Origin: Candidatus Acidiferrum sp.
GTDB taxonomy: Bacteria; Chloroflexota; Dormibacteria; Dormibacterales; Dormibacteraceae
Assembly (NCBI GenBank): GCA_035511715.1
Contig: DATKFA010000116.1
Span: forward strand, 1 to 30,294
Reading direction: 5' to 3'
DNA length: 30,294 bases
Numbering within the stretch: the stretch's first letter is position 1; each line of letters begins with the position of its first letter. Below are positions 25,538 through 30,294 of this stretch, in pieces. Both the position numbers and the translations under genes were made by a program. The notes beneath the pieces are model-generated. The model searched no databases. It was not told where the DNA came from and saw only the letters and a list, made by a program, of their open reading frames with translations.

Positions 25538-26827
25538 ATGCGGCTCCGCCTGAACTTCGTCTTCAGACTCGTCGTCGCGCTGCTGATCGCTGCGTGCGGG
25601 TCGGCGGGCGCGAACGTGGCCCCATCGCGCGCTGCTGCGCAGCCTCACATCCTCGTGGTGCTCATGGAGAACCACAGCTACCCGGAGGTGGTCGGCAATC
25701 CCTCAATGCCGTTCCTGAACGGGCTCGTCGCGTCCAACGGGTCGGTGAGCACCACGGACCTGAGCCATCCGAGCCTTCCGAACTACCTCGGCCTCGTCGG
25801 CGGCTCCATCTACAACAATCCGGCGGACACCACCCCGCAGGACGGCACTTACCCGGGTCCGCAGCTCACCGATGAGCTGGCCGCGGCCGGCGTTGGATGG
25901 AAGGCGTACATGCAGGACATGCCGGCGCCCTGCGACCTCACCGACCAGTTCGGGCCCGGCGGCTACGACGTCAATCACGACCCGTTCATGTACTTCAACA
26001 CCGTTCGCGCCAACCCGGCACAGTGCAATCGCATCGTGCCCTATCCGCAGCTGACCGCGGACCTCAACGCCGGTGGCGCTCCTCCTTTTCTGTGGGTCTC
26101 ACCAAACACGACCAACGACATGCATGACGGCACGTACCAGCAGGGAGACGCCTTTCTGAAAGCGCTCGTCACCCAGGTCGAGGCATCCAGCTGGTGGAGC
26201 TCCTCCGCGAGAATCGTCATCACCTTCGACGAAGGAGAGACCACCGAGCAGGTGCTGACCGTGGTGGTCGGCTCCGCCCACGGCAGTGCGGCCACCGGGG
26301 GCAACCACTACGGGACTCTGAGGGGCCTCGAAGAGGCCTACGGGGTCGGGTTGCTCGGACACTCGGCCGACGGAAACGTCGGGGACCTCTTGCCACTGCT
26401 CACCGGAGCCTCTGCTCCACCCACCGCTCCACCGACCGCCCCACCCACCACTTCGCCTTCGGCTCCCGCTTCCCCGCCGTCCCAATCTCCACCGTCGCAG
26501 TCTCCAGCGTCACAGTCGCCACCGTCGCGGGCCGTTGCATCCCCGTCCTCTCCGCCCCACTCCCCCACATCAGCGCTCCAGTCGCCATCGTCGATTCCGT
26601 CTGACTCGGCGGCGCAGTCACCCTCGTCGGCCGACCAGCCACCGATCGGACCAAGCCCCTTCCTGTCAGGCGCCGCGCCGACCCGTTCGGTTCTTGTCGC
26701 GTACACGGTCGTTGTCCGCGACGGCGGACCGCAGTTCCTGCTTGCGGGCGCGGGCGTGCTGGCGTGCATCCTCCTGCTGATGCTGGGGTTCGGGCCCGAC
26801 ATCCGTCGAATCCTGCGCCGACGCTAG
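25538..26827 (+). CDS. Surface phosphoesterase (SapM/AcpA-like, PF04185-type) with a Ser/Pro linker and C-terminal TM anchor
   Basis: Signal/lipobox (LLIAAC), PHILVVLMENHSY, SHPSLPNY, NDMHDG, RGLEEAYGVGLLGHSAD, S/P-rich stalk, FLLAGAGVLACILLLMLGFG followed by DIRRILRRR*. Confidence 0.88.
   Translation: MRLRLNFVFRLVVALLIAACGSAGANVAPSRAAAQPHILVVLMENHSYPEVVGNPSMPFLNGLVASNGSVSTTDLSHPSLPNYLGLVGGSIYNNPADTTPQDGTYPGPQLTDELAAAGVGWKAYMQDMPAPCDLTDQFGPGGYDVNHDPFMYFNTVRANPAQCNRIVPYPQLTADLNAGGAPPFLWVSPNTTNDMHDGTYQQGDAFLKALVTQVEASSWWSSSARIVITFDEGETTEQVLTVVVGSAHGSAATGGNHYGTLRGLEEAYGVGLLGHSADGNVGDLLPLLTGASAPPTAPPTAPPTTSPSAPASPPSQSPPSQSPASQSPPSRAVASPSSPPHSPTSALQSPSSIPSDSAAQSPSSADQPPIGPSPFLSGAAPTRSVLVAYTVVVRDGGPQFLLAGAGVLACILLLMLGFGPDIRRILRRR
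26410..26650 (+). repeat. Ser/Pro/Thr-rich stalk including (SQSP[P/A])n and (PPTA)n units
   Basis: APPTAPPTAPPTTSPSAPASPPSQSPPSQSPASQSPPS... Confidence 0.8.
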
Positions 26828-26833
26828 CGTCGC

Positions 26834-28252
26834 TCAAGCAGCGAGGCGCTTGAAAAGCTCCCAGTGGTGGCGGGCAAACTCCGGATGGTCCGCCGTGGCG
26901 GCGATCTCCGCCAATCCGGCCAGCGCGACGTACCGCCAGGCTTGCGGCTCGCCGCCGATGCGCTTCAGGCTCTCCTGGAGAAAGCCGCGAAATGCCTCCG
27001 GAAACCAACCCTGGCCGTTGATCGCGTAGGTGATGCCGGCTCCCCACGGTCCGGCTAAGAGACCGGGGTGTCCAAACACCGGGCGGCCGGCTCTCGAGTG
27101 CCGATCGAGGTAGAGCGAGTAGCTCAAGGCGAAGCGCGCCACGTCACGCAAGGGCTCGCCCGAGGGCGAGGCAGACTCCCAATCGACGACCCCCGCGATC
27201 TGGCCTCCCTCGACGAGCAGGTTGCCGAACCAGAAGTCGCCGTGCACCGCGGTGCGCGGCGTACGCATTTCCCCAAGCCGCTGCGAGATCGCCCTCAGGG
27301 CGGCGAGGCCACTCGCCATATGCGCGTCGTCGTCAAACCGCTGCCCGATCGAGCTGTCCAGCCCGGCGCCGAGATCGCACGCCGAGACATCGCCCGCGGT
27401 CGCCGCCTGGAACGAGCCCAGCCATCGCTCGACGATGGCGAAATCGCCCCGGACTTTCGCGGGCGAGGCAAGGTGCCGCCAGGCGTGATAGGACGTCGAC
27501 ATGGGTGTCCCGGTCATCGCAGCGGTGGTGAGCACCGAACCCGGCGCTCCGGCGACGGCGATCACCTGGGGCACCGTGTCAGCCAGATCGGACGTCAGCC
27601 GCCGGCGCAGGGTCTCGAGGACCTTTCTTTCCGCCTGTACGATCCGGCTCGCCACATCCGTCGTCGGCACCTTGGCGGCCACGACCGGCTCTGATTCCCC
27701 GTGCGGGAGCAACAGGACGGTCAGCTTGGCATTCGGATCCTTGGATAGAGCGAGCACGATCGAATCCATGCCGGGAACGGCCAGCAGGCTTCCTGGAGCC
27801 TGTGCGCGGCCACCATGGTCGAGAGTTCGGGCCACAACAAGCCGCTTGCGTGCGAGCAACCGCAGCGCACGATGACCGCCGAACCGGTTGGCGGCCTTCC
27901 ACGCGCTGACCGCTGCCGACGCGACCGCCCCGCCGCGCGGGATTGTCAGGAGCCGGCCGATAAAGAAACGAGCAGCGCTCGGAGTATCGGCCACATACTG
28001 CGCCGGCGGCTCGAGCGACGGAATCGTCAGGAGCCGTGCCAGGACCTGCAAGTGCGCCTGCTTGACGACTGGCCCAAGGCTTCTCCTGACCGCGGAGGCC
28101 GATCCGCTCAGCAGCACGATCGTCCCGGGCGGAAGTTCCCGAAGCTCGCCGACGAGACGCCACTGTTCGGCACGCGTCGAGGGGAGCTCCGCGTGCCGCG
28201 CGGACGATTCGGTCAAGCTTCTCCACGGCTCCAGAATTCCGGCGGACGTCAT
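26834..28252 (-). CDS. APH/choline-kinase-fold phosphotransferase with an uncharacterised N-terminal extension
   Basis: Likely ATG 28252 (MTSAGILEPW). VAAKVP...AE (kinase Lys/Glu), VHGDFWFGNLLV...GVVDWE (Brenner motif + DWE), G.PL.DVARFAL. Confidence 0.85.
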   Translation of the reverse strand: MTSAGILEPWRSLTESSARHAELPSTRAEQWRLVGELRELPPGTIVLLSGSASAVRRSLGPVVKQAHLQVLARLLTIPSLEPPAQYVADTPSAARFFIGRLLTIPRGGAVASAAVSAWKAANRFGGHRALRLLARKRLVVARTLDHGGRAQAPGSLLAVPGMDSIVLALSKDPNAKLTVLLLPHGESEPVVAAKVPTTDVASRIVQAERKVLETLRRRLTSDLADTVPQVIAVAGAPGSVLTTAAMTGTPMSTSYHAWRHLASPAKVRGDFAIVERWLGSFQAATAGDVSACDLGAGLDSSIGQRFDDDAHMASGLAALRAISQRLGEMRTPRTAVHGDFWFGNLLVEGGQIAGVVDWESASPSGEPLRDVARFALSYSLYLDRHSRAGRPVFGHPGLLAGPWGAGITYAINGQGWFPEAFRGFLQESLKRIGGEPQAWRYVALAGLAEIAATADHPEFARHHWELFKRLAA

Positions 28253-28302
28253 CGATCGGTCGCCCGCTCCGGCCGGCGGCCGGCGGCCGCGCCGGACGCT
28301 CT

Positions 28303-29166
28303 CTAGAGGAGGGCTCGCAGCCAACGCGGAACCCGGGTTTCGGTCCCGTTGAGGACGATTCCGCTGACCCGGTCCTGGCCGATGAGCCTGACCGCTGCCT
28401 CGAGGTCGTCGGTCGGCGTGGATCCGCTCCGGACGACGATCAAAAGTCGGTCGGCCAGTGCGTACGCCAGCGAGGCGTACGAGATGCTCAGGCTCGGCGG
28501 GAGGTCGACGACAACGTTCGCGAACACCTGCCTCAGACCCAGCATCACGTCCCGGTCGACGAGCTCGTGGAAAAACCTGGCCGGCTCCTCCTGAGCCGAG
28601 CCCGCCGGCACGATGAAGAGGTTCGGAACAAGTGCCGCTCCCTTGACGATCCGCAGTCGCGAATCTCCGTCGAGCCAATCGCTCAAACCACGGCCGCGAT
28701 CGATCCCAAGGAAGCGGTGGAGCGATGGCTCCGCGAGGTCGAGCTCGAGGAGAAGGGTAGGTCGCTTGGAGTCGACCGCCATCGCCGTCGCGATGCCGAT
28801 CGCGATCGAATCCTTACCCTCGCCGTAGTTGGTGCTGGTCACGCCGAGGACCCGACAGTTCTGATGGAGGTCGAACGGCACCGACAGGTAGGCCCGCCGG
28901 CAGCGGTCGACGAACCATGCCGGCAGCTCAATCGGATTGACCTGCTCCATCCTGGGATCGGCGAAGCCTGGAAGCGACTGGCGCGGACCCAGAGCTTCAT
29001 TGATCACCTCGACCACGTCGTGACGGGGGTGGCCGTTGTCCGCCCCGTCGTCGCCGGTCGCGTCTCTTTCATCGGCGTTGGACTCGAGCGGCTCGTTGCC
29101 GGCCATCGCCTCCTCGAACGCCGCGATGGGATCGTCCTCTTTGGATCGCGCGACTTTCGGGGACAC
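28303..29166 (-). CDS. CpsD/CapB-family (BY-kinase-like) P-loop protein with a non-canonical Walker A
   Basis: GTG 29166 lies 1 nt after the upstream stop. VLGVTSTNYGEGKDSIA, LLLELDLAEPSLH, GLSDWL, NLFIVPAG, VVVDLPP, ADRLLIVVRSGST, GIVLNG. Confidence 0.85.
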   Translation of the reverse strand: MSPKVARSKEDDPIAAFEEAMAGNEPLESNADERDATGDDGADNGHPRHDVVEVINEALGPRQSLPGFADPRMEQVNPIELPAWFVDRCRRAYLSVPFDLHQNCRVLGVTSTNYGEGKDSIAIGIATAMAVDSKRPTLLLELDLAEPSLHRFLGIDRGRGLSDWLDGDSRLRIVKGAALVPNLFIVPAGSAQEEPARFFHELVDRDVMLGLRQVFANVVVDLPPSLSISYASLAYALADRLLIVVRSGSTPTDDLEAAVRLIGQDRVSGIVLNGTETRVPRWLRALL

Positions 29167-29167
29167 G

Positions 29168-30112
29168 CTAAGCGGACAACCTCGGAATCGTCGCCACCAC
29201 CGGCACTCCAACCAGCCGCTCGATCGCTCTTGGATCGCGAGCGGTGTGATCCATGCGCGCCGTCGCGATCACAACAGCCATCACGACGAGCATGCCGGCC
29301 AACAGGACCGCCGCCGCGGCGATGAGGCTCGTGCCGTCACCGATGTAGCGGGAGCTGGCCAGGTGCGCGGGGTCGGCGACAGACAGGCCGACCTGCAAGA
29401 GGCGAGCGGAGGTGGAGCCGAGGTAATCGGCCTGCGTCAGCCCGGTCTGTGCCTCCATGACCTTGCCCCGCCACAGCTGTAGGTCGCTGTAGAGCTGGAC
29501 TGCTTGCGGGTCCGTCGAGTCGGCGGCGACCGTCGCGCCGGGATGGGCCGACTTATAGGTGCTGACCGCGCCTTCAGCTGTCGACAGGCGGGATTGCGCG
29601 TCCTTCAGCTGCGCGGTCCAGAAACTCGAGATCGACGCCGCGCGAGCCTGCTCCTCGGTGACCAGCTGTGACTCCAGCACGCTGACCGTGGCGTCCAGGA
29701 CTCGAACACAGAGGTTGTGGCTGTGGCACGAGTAGCTCAAGGTCAGGAGGTGCGGTCCGTTCGCTGTGAGCTTCAGGTTGGCCACCACCGAGCTGACGAT
29801 TGCCGGCACCTGGTCCGGGCCGGCGATGTCGCTCCTGGTCTCAAGGCTGTTGGTCAGGGCGGCGGCAAAGCTTGACCCGGCGACCACTCCGCTGACCGCG
29901 TCAGACAGGTTCTCGGCCGGCGTCGATCCTGGACTCCATCCGACCGGAACGAAATTGGCCCCAAACGAAGAAGGATCCTGCACCTCGAGGACGGCGCTCG
30001 CTCGAAAGCTGAGCAGTTCGTAGCCAACCGCGCCGGCCGCCACCAAAGGGATAAAGGCCAACGCCAGGAAGCGCCGCTTGTGCTGGAAGAGGACCTCGGC
30101 GTACCTAGTCAT
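29168..30112 (-). CDS. Second polysaccharide co-polymerase (CpsC/CapA-type BY-kinase modulator, two TMs + coiled coil)
   Basis: N-terminal TM (FLALAFIPLVAAGAVG) + FRASAVLEV, coiled coil (AQLKDAQSRLSTAEGAVSTYK), C-terminal TM, and the activator-type tail DPRAIERLVGVPVVATIP. Confidence 0.82.
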   Translation of the reverse strand: MTRYAEVLFQHKRRFLALAFIPLVAAGAVGYELLSFRASAVLEVQDPSSFGANFVPVGWSPGSTPAENLSDAVSGVVAGSSFAAALTNSLETRSDIAGPDQVPAIVSSVVANLKLTANGPHLLTLSYSCHSHNLCVRVLDATVSVLESQLVTEEQARAASISSFWTAQLKDAQSRLSTAEGAVSTYKSAHPGATVAADSTDPQAVQLYSDLQLWRGKVMEAQTGLTQADYLGSTSARLLQVGLSVADPAHLASSRYIGDGTSLIAAAAVLLAGMLVVMAVVIATARMDHTARDPRAIERLVGVPVVATIPRLSA

Positions 30113-30294
30113 CAATTGCCTGTGCCACGTCCAGGATCGAGCGCGCGCGGGTCCAGGCTGAGGCTGTCAATCGATCCATCGTATTGGTGGTCGGACACCC
30201 GCGCATGAGGCGGTCGTCCCGCGCCGTCTGGGACAAACCGGCCGCAGCGCCGCAAGCGCTTGTCTTCGGGACTTTGGCCTACGCAAAGCGGGAC

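Noticed and set aside
13974-26834. Very tight convergent gene ends (13974/13979 and 26827/26834) with no terminator
   Set aside because: Common in compact high-GC genomes that use factor-dependent termination; nothing further supports an antisense mechanism.
26834-28252. Aminoglycoside-resistance gene
   Set aside because: The fold is shared by many small-molecule kinases; the long N-terminal extension and glycan-operon context argue against resistance, and no mobile-element context is present.
28261-28300. GC-rich GGCCGGC run between the BY-kinase-like and APH genes as a REP-like element
   Set aside because: Single occurrence, low complexity, and expected at this GC content.
28253-28678. 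N-terminal 142 aa of the ORF-track protein 26834-28678
   Set aside because: It overlaps the BY-kinase-like gene in another frame and reads as low-information Arg/Pro/Gly sequence; ATG 28252 is the more plausible start.
30200-30294. GGGAC/GCAAA/GGCCTA words reminiscent of a c-di-GMP-I riboswitch
   Set aside because: The order and orientation of the elements do not fit the aptamer, and the region is cut by the window edge.

Overview
High-GC bacterial window made up almost entirely of a cell-surface glycan (Wzx/Wzy-type) biosynthesis locus with large secreted repeat proteins mixed in. I see no RNA genes, mobile elements or CRISPR arrays. From left to right: (1) a >1,340-aa secreted protein on the - strand, missing from the ORF track because it runs off the window edge: phosphoesterase + GH-like barrel + at least 9 PKD repeats. 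(2) A translationally coupled + strand operon (4513-13974): co-polymerase with a decayed kinase tail, DegT aminotransferase, CapD/PglF-like dehydratase, GT4, HPr-kinase-like P-loop protein, a divergent RtcB-family protein, a 59-aa membrane microprotein below the ORF-track cutoff, a sugar formyltransferase and a PIG-L deacetylase. (3) A GH-like putative lipoprotein (-). (4) A Wzy/O-antigen-ligase-like protein, a flippase-phosphoglycosyl-transferase fusion, a 1,682-aa beta-helix/FN3 protein, glmS and a second phosphoesterase (+). (5) A convergent - strand block: second co-polymerase, non-canonical BY-kinase and an APH/choline-kinase-fold phosphotransferase. The best candidate for an undescribed system is the RtcB-like protein. 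It keeps the His nucleophile and most metal ligands but has lost the basic RNA/phosphate-binding residues, and it is coupled to a kinase inside a glycan operon. Together with the APH kinase and two phosphoesterases, this suggests (inference) that RNA-ligase chemistry has been repurposed to activate and install phosphodiester groups on a surface glycan. All family calls come from reading motifs by eye; no searches were run.
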